In this document: positions 27,755-34,459 of the stretch, piece after piece | How positions within the stretch are numbered: position 1 is the stretch's first letter | Layout of the letters: every line of letters starts with the position of its first letter | Source: an uncultured Oscillospiraceae bacterium | Lineage (GTDB): Bacteria; Bacillota; Clostridia; Christensenellales; CAG-138 | Direction of reading: 5' to 3' | DNA: 54,378 nucleotides | Assembly (NCBI GenBank): GCA_964541465.1 | Contig: CAZIQO010000003.1 | Span: 1 to 54,378, forward strand | Notes under the pieces: model-generated | Told to the model about the DNA's origin: nothing | What the model saw: the letters and a program-made list of their open reading frames with translations, nothing else | Database searches by the model: none | Position numbers and translations under genes: made by a program

Positions 27755-27939
27755 TTAAAAAGTTCTTTTGCAGGGGTTTCACCCCTGCACCCCACCCAAG
27801 GGACATGTCCCTTGGGAATTCCTGACCCCGCAAGCACCCTGTTCCGGGGCGCTTGCGGAAATAAGTTCTTAGGGTCGTTACGGCCCTGAGCGGTGGTTTG
27901 GAGGCGGAGCCTCCAACAGCCCTCCTTGATCAACAAGCT
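27755..27939 (+). repeat. Multi-hairpin intergenic repeat element, copy 4 (longest copy)
   Basis: Contains all shared modules plus the complete TTGGAGGC-GG-AGCCTCCAA hairpin. It ends with TGATCAACAAGCTG. Confidence 0.9.
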
Positions 27940-27941
27940 GC

Positions 27942-27968
27942 GGGCAAAACGGATGAACCGCTTTGCCC
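27942..27968. terminator. Hairpin GGGCAAAACGG-ATGAA-CCGCTTTGCCC (right copy)
   Basis: 26 of 27 nt identical to 27720-27746. It lies between repeat copy 4 and the larC stop (convergent). Confidence 0.6.
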
Positions 27969-28056
27969 GGCCTGTAAAAGAACCTTATTCATGAATTCCG
28001 CCGCCTGCGCCTCCGGCAAACGAAGCGCCTTTCAGCGGTTCCGGTGCGTTCGGACG

Positions 28057-29367
28057 CTAATCTGCGTTCGGTTCGTTCGGTGTTTCGGCGCGTTGCGCCG
28101 GCTCTTCCCGCGCGGATCGCAGGACCTCGGCGAGCGGAACGTCCCGTTCCCGGGCGATCCGGGCCGCATCCTCGTACTCGATCTTTTTTCGCCGGACGCC
28201 CCAGCCGGACGATTCCTTCACGCGAACCGGACCGTACCGGGTGTCGGCCGTGCGTTCGGAGCGATCGAGCGTATACCGCCTGCAGGCGTATTCCCGCACG
28301 CCGAGCGAACTCGTGTGGCGGAAGATGAGCCGCGCCATGCGTTCGGCGTCCTCCTTGCGGCAAAGGCACGAGAGCAGCACGCCGGGGCGGTTCTTCTTCA
28401 TGCCGGCCGCAATCGTATAAACGTCCAGCGCGCCCGCGTCGAAGAGCCGCTCCTGCGCAAAGCCGACCGCTTCCGGCGTCATGTCGTCGAGATTGCACTT
28501 TAGCTCGACCACTTCGTCCCGCCCGTCGTCCGTTTCGCCCAGCATGGCGCGTACGCAGTTGACGGCTTCGAAGTCCTTTGTTCCCATGCCGTAGCCGACG
28601 CCCGAAATACGCATGACCGGCCGCTCGCCGAAGTCCTCGCAGAAGTACTTTAAAAGGGCTGCGCCGGTCGGCGTGCAGAGCTCGCCAAGGACTGCGCCGC
28701 CGTAGGTCGGCACGCCCTGCAGCAGATACGCGGTCGCGGGCGCGGGTACGGGCAGGATGCCGTGCGCGCAGCGAATCGTTCCGCTGCCGACGTGCACCGG
28801 GGAGGCCAGCACGCGTCCGGGCGCTAGCTCGTTGATCAGAAGGCAGACGCCGACGATGTCCGCAAGCGCGTCCAGCGTGCCGACCTCGTGAAAATGGATC
28901 TGATCGACCGGCTTTCCGTGCGCATGGCTTTCCGCGGACGCGAGCAGGCCGTATACCGAAAGCGCGTCGCGCCGGACCCTCTCGGGAAGCGGAAGCTGCT
29001 TAAGGATATGCTCGATATCGTGAAGACTGCTGCCGTGGTGATGCGCGTGTTCGTGCTCGTCGTCATGGTGCGCATGATCGTGCTCGCCCTCATGGTGCGC
29101 GTGTTCGTGCTCGCCGTCATGGTGCGCATGGTCGTGCGCCGCGTCCGGCTCGGCTTCCTCGACGCCGTCGATCCGGACGGACATGTGCGTTCCGGCGATG
29201 CCGCATTTGGCCGTGCGTTCGGCGCGCACCGTTACGCCGGGGAGGTTCAGAGCGTTCATCTTTTCAATAAATGTGCTCTGCGCCTGCGGCGGCAGAAGTT
29301 CAAACAGCGAGGCCGCCAGCATATCCCCCGCCGCGCCCATGCTGCATTCAAAATAAAGAATCTTCAT
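28057..29367 (-). CDS. larC: LarC, nickel-pincer cofactor biosynthesis nickel insertion protein (full-length fused form)
   Basis: 436 aa from MKILYFECSMGAAGDM. Motifs: IHFHEVGTLDALADIVG, His-rich tract, C-terminal ...GPVRVK... domain. The track ORF (775 aa) is an artefactual N-terminal extension overlapping larB. Confidence 0.9.
   Translation of the reverse strand: MKILYFECSMGAAGDMLAASLFELLPPQAQSTFIEKMNALNLPGVTVRAERTAKCGIAGTHMSVRIDGVEEAEPDAAHDHAHHDGEHEHAHHEGEHDHAHHDDEHEHAHHHGSSLHDIEHILKQLPLPERVRRDALSVYGLLASAESHAHGKPVDQIHFHEVGTLDALADIVGVCLLINELAPGRVLASPVHVGSGTIRCAHGILPVPAPATAYLLQGVPTYGGAVLGELCTPTGAALLKYFCEDFGERPVMRISGVGYGMGTKDFEAVNCVRAMLGETDDGRDEVVELKCNLDDMTPEAVGFAQERLFDAGALDVYTIAAGMKKNRPGVLLSCLCRKEDAERMARLIFRHTSSLGVREYACRRYTLDRSERTADTRYGPVRVKESSGWGVRRKKIEYEDAARIARERDVPLAEVLRSAREEPAQRAETPNEPNAD
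29029..29136 (-). repeat. In-frame 27-nt (9-aa) tandem repeat x4 encoding the His-rich tract of LarC
   Basis: The protein reads HDHAHHDGE-HEHAHHEGE-HDHAHHDDE-HEHAHHHGS. The DNA shows CATGGTGCGC(A/G)TG(A/T/G)TCGTGC periodicity. Confidence 0.85.
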
Positions 29368-30134
29368 TCCGGTTTTTGGCCGCTCCTTCCCATATGGTTG
29401 ATCATGCTCGCAAGGTATCCGGCGCCGAATCCGTTGTCGATGTTGACCACGCTCACGCCGCTTGCGCAGGAGTTGAGCATGGAGAGCAGCGCGGCCACGC
29501 CGCCGAACGAAGCGCCGTAGCCGACGCTTGTGGGGACGGCGATCACGGGGCAGTCCGTCAGCCCGCCGATCACGCTGGCGAGCGCACCCTCCATGCCCGC
29601 GACGGCGACGACCGCACGCGCGCGCATGAGCGGTTCCAGATGCGCCAGCAGCCGGTGGAGGCCGGACACGCCCACGTCGTAGAGCCGGACGACCGCGTTG
29701 CCGAGCGCCTCTGCGGTAACGGCCGCCTCCTCGGCGACCGGGATGTCGCTGGTGCCGCCCGTGGCCACGACGATGCTGCCGTCGCCGTCCGGCTCCGGCA
29801 GTTCCCCGATGATCCCGATGCGGCTTTCCGTAAAATAGCGCAGTGGAAACACGGCCCGGACGCTTTCCGCCGCCTCGGGCGAAAGGCGCGTGATCAGAAT
29901 GGTTTTCTGGTTGTGCGCGAGCATTCGTTCGGCGATCGAACGGATCTGCTCCGGCGTTTTGCCCGCCCCGTAGATCACCTCCGGAACGCCCTGACGCAAG
30001 GCGCGGTGATGGTCGAGCTTTGCAAACCCCAGATCCTCGAACGGCTCCATCTTCAGTTTCAGCGCCGCGTCGCCGACCGAAACGTCTCCGCGCTTCACCT
30101 CTTCGAGCAGACCGATGAGTTCCTGCTGATTCAT
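29364..30134 (-). CDS. larB: LarB, pyridinium-3,5-biscarboxylic acid mononucleotide synthase (AIR-carboxylase-like)
   Basis: 256 aa: ...GFAKLDHHRALRQGVPEVIYGAGKTPEQI... and ...VAGMEGALASVIGGL. Its start overlaps the larE stop and its stop overlaps the larC start. Confidence 0.9.
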   Translation of the reverse strand: MNQQELIGLLEEVKRGDVSVGDAALKLKMEPFEDLGFAKLDHHRALRQGVPEVIYGAGKTPEQIRSIAERMLAHNQKTILITRLSPEAAESVRAVFPLRYFTESRIGIIGELPEPDGDGSIVVATGGTSDIPVAEEAAVTAEALGNAVVRLYDVGVSGLHRLLAHLEPLMRARAVVAVAGMEGALASVIGGLTDCPVIAVPTSVGYGASFGGVAALLSMLNSCASGVSVVNIDNGFGAGYLASMINHMGRSGQKPE

Positions 30135-30886
30135 TCGCTTCGCCTTTCCGCCGCATCCGGCAGCAGTGTATCGAAATAGGGGCGGACCGCCTCAAGGATC
30201 TGCCGCCGCATTTGGCGCGCAGCGTCCGCCTGCGAGGCGGCGACCTCCAGCCGCGCCGCGCCGCCGCCGCAGACCCGCACGCGGAAATCCCGGAATCCCA
30301 GCCGGAACAGCGCGTCCTCCGCGCACTCGACGCGCCGCAGCAGCTCCGCGGTGATCGGCATTCCGGCGGGAACGCGTGTGGCAAGACATGCGTAGGACGG
30401 CTTGTTCCAGGTAAACAGCCCGGCTTCCTTCGAAAGGGCGCGAACGTCGCTCTTGGTCAGCCCGCACGCGCGAAGCGGCGAAAGCACCGCCAACTCGCCG
30501 AGCGCGCGCATGCCGGGGCGATCGGCCGCGCTGTCCGACGCGTTGGTTCCGTCCAGAACGGCCGGATACCCGTCCGCGCGCGCGCGCTCCGTCAGCGCGC
30601 CGAAGATCGCCAGTTTGCAAAGGTAGCAGCGGCCGGCCGGATTTTCGGCAATCGCCGGCTGTTCCAGAACGCTTAGCCGCAGAACGGTCAGTTCGACGCC
30701 GCACCGGCCGGCCAGCCGTACGGCGTCGTCCAGCTCAAACTGCGGCTGAAATTCGGTTTTTACATAGTACGGCCGGACGTCCGCGCCGCAGCGCAGCCCC
30801 GCGTACAGAAGATAGGCGGAATCCGTGCCGCCGGAGAGGCCGAGCGCCGCGCGCGGATGCGCAAGGAAAAATTGTTCGAGCGTCAT
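30131..30886 (-). CDS. larE: LarE, ATP-dependent sacrificial sulfur transferase (PP-loop ATPase)
   Basis: 251 aa: LGLSGGTDSAYL PP-loop, ...CYLCK..., ...DGTNASD... Confidence 0.9.
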   Translation of the reverse strand: MTLEQFFLAHPRAALGLSGGTDSAYLLYAGLRCGADVRPYYVKTEFQPQFELDDAVRLAGRCGVELTVLRLSVLEQPAIAENPAGRCYLCKLAIFGALTERARADGYPAVLDGTNASDSAADRPGMRALGELAVLSPLRACGLTKSDVRALSKEAGLFTWNKPSYACLATRVPAGMPITAELLRRVECAEDALFRLGFRDFRVRVCGGGAARLEVAASQADAARQMRRQILEAVRPYFDTLLPDAAERRSE

Positions 30887-31012
30887 GGCAGAGTTCTCCG
30901 GACCAGTCGTTTATCGGGAGTTGCTTGTTCCGTTTGCCGGGATTGCGGCCCGCAAAGCGCGGGCGGCTCCGCAGGACGAGGCGTCCAACGGAACCGTCCG
31001 CAGAATTACCGG

Positions 31013-31327
31013 TTACTTCTTTTTCCGCAGGGAAGCCTTCACGACGCCCTTCGGGTCCTTGATCAGCAGGATAACGAGCCAAAGCACCAGCCCGAGCGCC
31101 ACGACGGAGAGGCCAAGGTAGAGGTCGTTGGCCATATCCTCGAGCGCGGGCGTAAAATATGCCGCGTGCAGCTCCGCGTATTCGAAGGCCGCGTCCACCA
31201 GCCACATCAGCGAAGCGCCCCAGTACAGATAGCAGAGGATGCCGATCTTCATTTCGTCGTTCGGCGCTTTTTTATACCAGAGGATCGTGCAGATGATCGC
31301 CGCAAATACGGTGGTAAGCAACGTCAT
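31013..31327 (-). CDS. Small membrane protein (3 TM), unknown function
   Basis: 104 aa from MTLLTTVFAAIICTILWY. RBS is AGGAGG. It lies 11 nt after the upstream small membrane gene. Confidence 0.65.
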   Translation of the reverse strand: MTLLTTVFAAIICTILWYKKAPNDEMKIGILCYLYWGASLMWLVDAAFEYAELHAAYFTPALEDMANDLYLGLSVVALGLVLWLVILLIKDPKGVVKASLRKKK

Positions 31328-31338
31328 GGCGGCACCTC

Positions 31339-31749
31339 CTATCGTACTTCGACGGGCCGGAGCGCCTTTTTCATCATCGCGCCGGACACGAGCACCATCA
31401 CGGCCCAGACGGCGGTGACGAGGACGGCCATCGTTACGCCGACCGTCGACATCTCGTGCAGCATGACCGCCGTGTCCGCCGGATCGGACGCCGCGGTCAG
31501 AAACGGAAACCACGGAACGACCTCGCCGTGCCAGACGTGTTCAAACGCCAGCAGGAAGGAACCGCCCCAGAGCAGATTGGAAAGCCAGCGCAGCTTTCTG
31601 GAGAACGGGATCTTTACCTCAACGTCGGACTCTTCCGGATCGTTCGGCTTTTCATGGCGCGGGAGAACCTTTCTTTCCTGCGCGATGAGGATCTGCGTGG
31701 CGATGGTGACGACGATCGCCTCGGTAGCGGGGACAAGAAAACATGCCAT
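31339..31749 (-). CDS. Small membrane protein, unknown function
   Basis: 136 aa from MACFLVPATEAIVV. RBS is AAAGGAGG. It has hydrophobic N- and C-terminal segments. Confidence 0.65.
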   Translation of the reverse strand: MACFLVPATEAIVVTIATQILIAQERKVLPRHEKPNDPEESDVEVKIPFSRKLRWLSNLLWGGSFLLAFEHVWHGEVVPWFPFLTAASDPADTAVMLHEMSTVGVTMAVLVTAVWAVMVLVSGAMMKKALRPVEVR

Positions 31750-31840
31750 AATACGGCCTCCTTTAAAGAATGGATGGGAATGGATGGAATTTGCCCGCCT
31801 CCTGATTGGGAAGCGCGCTTCTGCACGGGCGCCCCGTGCA

Positions 31841-31880
31841 AAAAGAAAAAAGCGTACGGTTTTCTTCAAAAAACCGTATG
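31841..31880 (-). terminator. Intrinsic-terminator-like hairpin inside the 5' leader of the small-membrane-protein genes
   Basis: On the minus strand: GCATACGGTTTT-TTGAAG-AAAACCGTACGC followed by TTTTTTCTTTT. A second hairpin plus T6 lies at about 31921-31968. Confidence 0.55.
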
Positions 31881-31989
31881 CCCTTCAAAAGCATACATCT
31901 TCAATCACGAAACAGGACTGCAAAAAACGGGTCTGTGCGGCGGGATGCTTCGGCATCCGCGACCAGCTTCATGCCGATCGATTTTTATA

Positions 31990-32018
31990 ACCATATACCA
32001 TCCGCCGTCAGATGTCAA
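31990..32018 (-). promoter_or_regulatory. Putative promoter TTGACA-17-TATGGT (minus strand)
   Basis: The reverse complement of 32013-32018 is TTGACA and of 31990-31995 is TATGGT. Confidence 0.45.
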
Positions 32019-32036
32019 TACCGCGGAATCGCCGGT

Positions 32037-32106
32037 CGCGCGGGTTTGAGTCCGTTTGAAGGAAAAGCCAAAGAGATGAACGCCCCAAGGCGCCTATTTC
32101 TTTGGG
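32037..32106. repeat. ~68-nt direct repeat R1 (degenerate copy of the tRNA-Leu-adjacent hairpin region)
   Basis: CGCGCGGGTTTGAGTCCGTTTGAAGGAAAAGCCAAAGAGATGAACGCCCCAAGGCGCCTATTTCTTTGGGG aligns at roughly 85% identity with 33304-33372. Confidence 0.8.
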
Positions 32107-33190
32107 GAATGTGGTCACTTTTGATCTCGCGCTCCCGTTTTACTTCAAATGCAAACCCGCACAGCGTTTACGTTTGGAAAAGGAGGAGCGACGACGTGGC
32201 AAATCTGGTTGAAAAAGATATACACCGCCTATTTTCTCAGATTTTTGAGTTTCTGTATAAAAGGCTCCGCCGGAACCACGGTTCCTATGCTGTTAACGTC
32301 ACCTGTCATATAAACAGTTTCATTGGGCTGTATTTCTATTTTTAGTTCGCCGCCGGGCATGTGTACAGTAACGTTCGGGTCTACAAGCCCCAGTTTGTAA
32401 GCCGCGCTGGCCGCAGCACAGCTGCTGCTTCCGGAGGCCAATGTGTATCCGGCGCCTCTTTCATAAATTTCAATCTGAATGTTGTTTCGATCAAGGACCT
32501 TCAATAGCTGCATATTTATCCGGTTGGGGAAATTATCTGAGTTTTCAACATATTTACCAAGTGCGCATGCTTTTTCTTTGCTGATTTCCTGCATCGGGAT
32601 AACGCAGTGAGGATTTCCAATAGAAAGGCAGGTTGCTTTATAATCTCGGCCCCCAAAGGTCATTGTCTCATTGATTACCTGTCTGTTTTTCCCCACAACA
32701 GGTATTTTTGAACTTTCATAGGTAACCTCCCCCATAAAAACCTTCATTAGATTTCCGCAATCGTTTAGGTATTCCACTGAAACATCTCCGCCGAGCGTGG
32801 TGAGAATAAAGCTTTTTGCAGCGACATACCCGGCATCTTTCAGATATTTTGAGAAAATTCGCACACCATTTCCGCTTTTCTCGGCTTCACTTCCATCCGG
32901 ATTATATATTCTAACTTTAATCTTGGCATCATCAAAAATGGGGCCGTATAATATTCCATCGGAACCAAAGCCGTAGTTTCTGTGACAGATCAACTGAATT
33001 CTTCCTTCGTTGAGCTCCATGCTGTTTTTTTGCGGGTCATATATCAAATAGTCGTTGCCTAGGCCATGATATTTCTGAAGTTCCATCTGCTTAGCGATCT
33101 CCTTCGATGCTAAAATCTTGTTTATCAATATAACACAGGAAACAGAAAAAAGCCATGTGCAGGTTCAGGCCCTGACACATAGTTTTTTAC
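32107..33190. other. AT-rich islet carrying the DapF-like gene
   Basis: Visibly lower G+C than the flanks. It is bounded by R1 on the left and a 20-nt tRNA-Leu 3'-end fragment on the right. Confidence 0.65.
32229..33086 (-). CDS. Diaminopimelate-epimerase-fold protein (DapF-like) with both catalytic Cys replaced by Ser
   Basis: MELQKYHGLGNDYLIYD, SGNGVRIF, IGNPHCV, ERGAGYTLASGSSSCAAA. The start is uncertain: ATG at 33086, or TTG at 33128 as in the track. Confidence 0.8.
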   Translation of the reverse strand: MELQKYHGLGNDYLIYDPQKNSMELNEGRIQLICHRNYGFGSDGILYGPIFDDAKIKVRIYNPDGSEAEKSGNGVRIFSKYLKDAGYVAAKSFILTTLGGDVSVEYLNDCGNLMKVFMGEVTYESSKIPVVGKNRQVINETMTFGGRDYKATCLSIGNPHCVIPMQEISKEKACALGKYVENSDNFPNRINMQLLKVLDRNNIQIEIYERGAGYTLASGSSSCAAASAAYKLGLVDPNVTVHMPGGELKIEIQPNETVYMTGDVNSIGTVVPAEPFIQKLKNLRK

Positions 33191-33210
33191 TGGTGCCGAA
33201 GGTGGGACTC
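33191..33210 (-). repeat. 20-nt duplicate of the tRNA-Leu 3' end (att-like remnant)
   Basis: TGGTGCCGAAGGTGGGACTC is identical to 33370-33389, which covers the CCA end, the acceptor 3' strand and part of the T-arm of the intact tRNA. Confidence 0.85.
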
Positions 33211-33303
33211 TCCGCTCAGGCCGCTCGCCGCTTGCGCGCTGCGCCGCGCGGCTGCGGGCGTTCGCTTCCCGGCCGCGAAAAACGATCCGCCGGATCGTTT
33301 TTC

Positions 33304-33372
33304 ATCGCGGCTTCGAGTCCCTTTGAAGGGAAGACCAAAGAGATGAGCGCCCAAAGGCGCTCATCTCTTTGG
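33304..33372. repeat. ~68-nt direct repeat R2, including a perfect 17-bp hairpin abutting the tRNA-Leu 3' end
   Basis: CCAAAGAGATGAGCGCC-CAAA-GGCGCTCATCTCTTTGG at 33335-33372. It probably acts as the tRNA terminator on the minus strand. Confidence 0.8.
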
Positions 33373-33456
33373 TGCCGAAGGTGGGACTCGAACCCACACG
33401 GTATCGCTACCAACGGATTTTGAGTCCGTCACGTCTGCCAGTTCCATCACTTCGGC
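33370..33456 (-). tRNA. tRNA-Leu (anticodon CAA), class II with long variable arm, encoded CCA
   Basis: The reverse complement is GCCGAAGTGATGGAACTGGCAGACGTGACGGACTCAAAATCCGTTGGTAGCGATACCGTGTGGGTTCGAGTCCCACCTTCGGCACCA. It has a 7-bp acceptor stem, T-arm GTGGG-TTCGAGT-CCCAC and anticodon loop CUCAAAA. Confidence 0.95.
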
Positions 33457-33467
33457 GGAACGGGATC

Positions 33468-33496
33468 ATTCTAGCATACGGCGGGTGCGTTTGCAA
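33468..33496 (-). promoter_or_regulatory. Putative tRNA-Leu promoter TTGCAA-17-TGcTAGAAT
   Basis: The reverse complement of 33491-33496 is TTGCAA and of 33468-33473 is TAGAAT. The -10 ends about 11 nt upstream of the tRNA 5' end. Confidence 0.55.
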
Positions 33497-33543
33497 GCGG
33501 CGGAATCCGGACCGGAGGCGAAACCGGCGGGCGTTGAAACCGG

Positions 33544-33572
33544 CGCGCGGGGATGGTATACTGAGTTGAAAA
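33544..33572 (+). promoter_or_regulatory. Putative mscL promoter TTGAAA-17-TGgTATACT
   Basis: Hexamers at 33544-33549 and 33567-33572 with an extended -10. Confidence 0.55.
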
Positions 33573-33637
33573 TGATCCGATCGCGGCGAAACCGCCCGAA
33601 AAGCGCGGCGCGCGCAGTCGATTTGGAGAAGGAAACC

Positions 33638-34021
33638 GTGAAAAAGCTGATATCCGAATTCAAGACGTTTATTTCAAGGGGAAGCGTGATCGACCTAGCG
33701 GTCGGCGCGATGATCGGCGCGGCGTTCAAATCCATCGTGGATTCGCTGGTGAACGACATGATTTCACCGCTGGTCGGGCTGCCGGCCGATACGAATTTTG
33801 CGGAACTGAGCTGGCAGATCGGCGGGGTGAGCATCGGATACGGCGCGTTCGTCTCCTCGGTGCCGGCCTTTTTCCTGATGGCGGTCGTGCTGTTTCTTTT
33901 GGCTAGGACGATCAACGCGACCCGCACGGTCGGAGACCGGCTGAAACGCCACGGCGAGCCAAAAGCCGCCGCGCCGGCCGAACGGGTGTGCCTGTACTGC
34001 ACCGCGGAGGTGGCGGAATGA
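33638..34021 (+). CDS. mscL: Large-conductance mechanosensitive channel MscL
   Basis: GTG start with RBS GGAGAAGGA. KKLISEFKTFISRGSVIDLAVGAMIGAAFKSIVDSLVNDMISP is the MscL signature region. 127 aa. Confidence 0.88.
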   Translation: MKKLISEFKTFISRGSVIDLAVGAMIGAAFKSIVDSLVNDMISPLVGLPADTNFAELSWQIGGVSIGYGAFVSSVPAFFLMAVVLFLLARTINATRTVGDRLKRHGEPKAAAPAERVCLYCTAEVAE

Positions 34022-34440
34022 CGGACGCGGAACGCGGCCCGCTGACCGGGCAAGATGCGCAGGGCGCGTCTGCGCCGGAGCCGGAACAGGAAACGGCCGG
34101 CCGGGCGGAAACGCAGGCCGCCGAAGAGGAACTCAACGAAGTGCAGAAGCGCGTCCGGGCGTATTCCGACAAACGCTGGCGAACGATGCAGATCGTCTGC
34201 GGGGCGCTGCTCGGCGCTGCCTGCGGGGCGTTGCTCACGTTTTTCGGCACATCCGAAACAACGGGCGTCTACGCCACGGGCGGGGCGCTGCTCATCGCGC
34301 TGGTGGCGCCGAACATGGCGGAGAAGCGGCTGCGCCGTCCGGTCCGGCAGGGACGGGTCGCGATGATCATCTCGCTCGCGGTGTGGCTGGCGATCACAAC
34401 CGCCGTCGCGCTGCTCAGCGGCGAGACGCTGATCCAATAG
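34018..34440 (+). CDS. Hypothetical membrane protein
   Basis: 140 aa. ATG overlaps the mscL stop (ATGA). It has an acidic N-terminus followed by 3 hydrophobic segments. Confidence 0.6.
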   Translation: MTDAERGPLTGQDAQGASAPEPEQETAGRAETQAAEEELNEVQKRVRAYSDKRWRTMQIVCGALLGAACGALLTFFGTSETTGVYATGGALLIALVAPNMAEKRLRRPVRQGRVAMIISLAVWLAITTAVALLSGETLIQ

Positions 34441-34459
34441 CGGAAAGGAGAGGATGCGC

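Noticed and set aside
7643-27939. Possibility that the recurring repeat is a CRISPR array or part of one
   Set aside because: The copies are 140-185 bp long and 4-11 kb apart, with ordinary genes between them. They are not short repeats with regular 30-40-bp spacers, and no cas genes are present.
29368-30384. 339-aa N-terminal extension that makes a 775-aa 'LarC' in the ORF track
   Set aside because: The extension overlaps larB out of frame and is Arg/Gly/Pro-rich. Canonical LarC begins at MKILYFECSMGAAGDM (29367), with its ATG overlapping the larB stop codon (ATGA-type coupling).
32196-32345. 49-codon plus-strand ORF with a good RBS (AAAGGAGG-9 nt-GTG), antisense to the 3' end of the DapF-like gene
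   Set aside because: It is short, overlaps the well-supported DapF-like CDS by about 117 nt, and has no recognisable features. The RBS-like motif could be fortuitous. I did not call it.
31750-33456. Search for an integrase, excisionase or phage genes that would make the tRNA-Leu-adjacent islet an intact mobile element
   Set aside because: There is no recombinase-like ORF in any frame. Only the DapF-like gene is credible, so I describe the region as a scar or remnant rather than annotate a mobile element.
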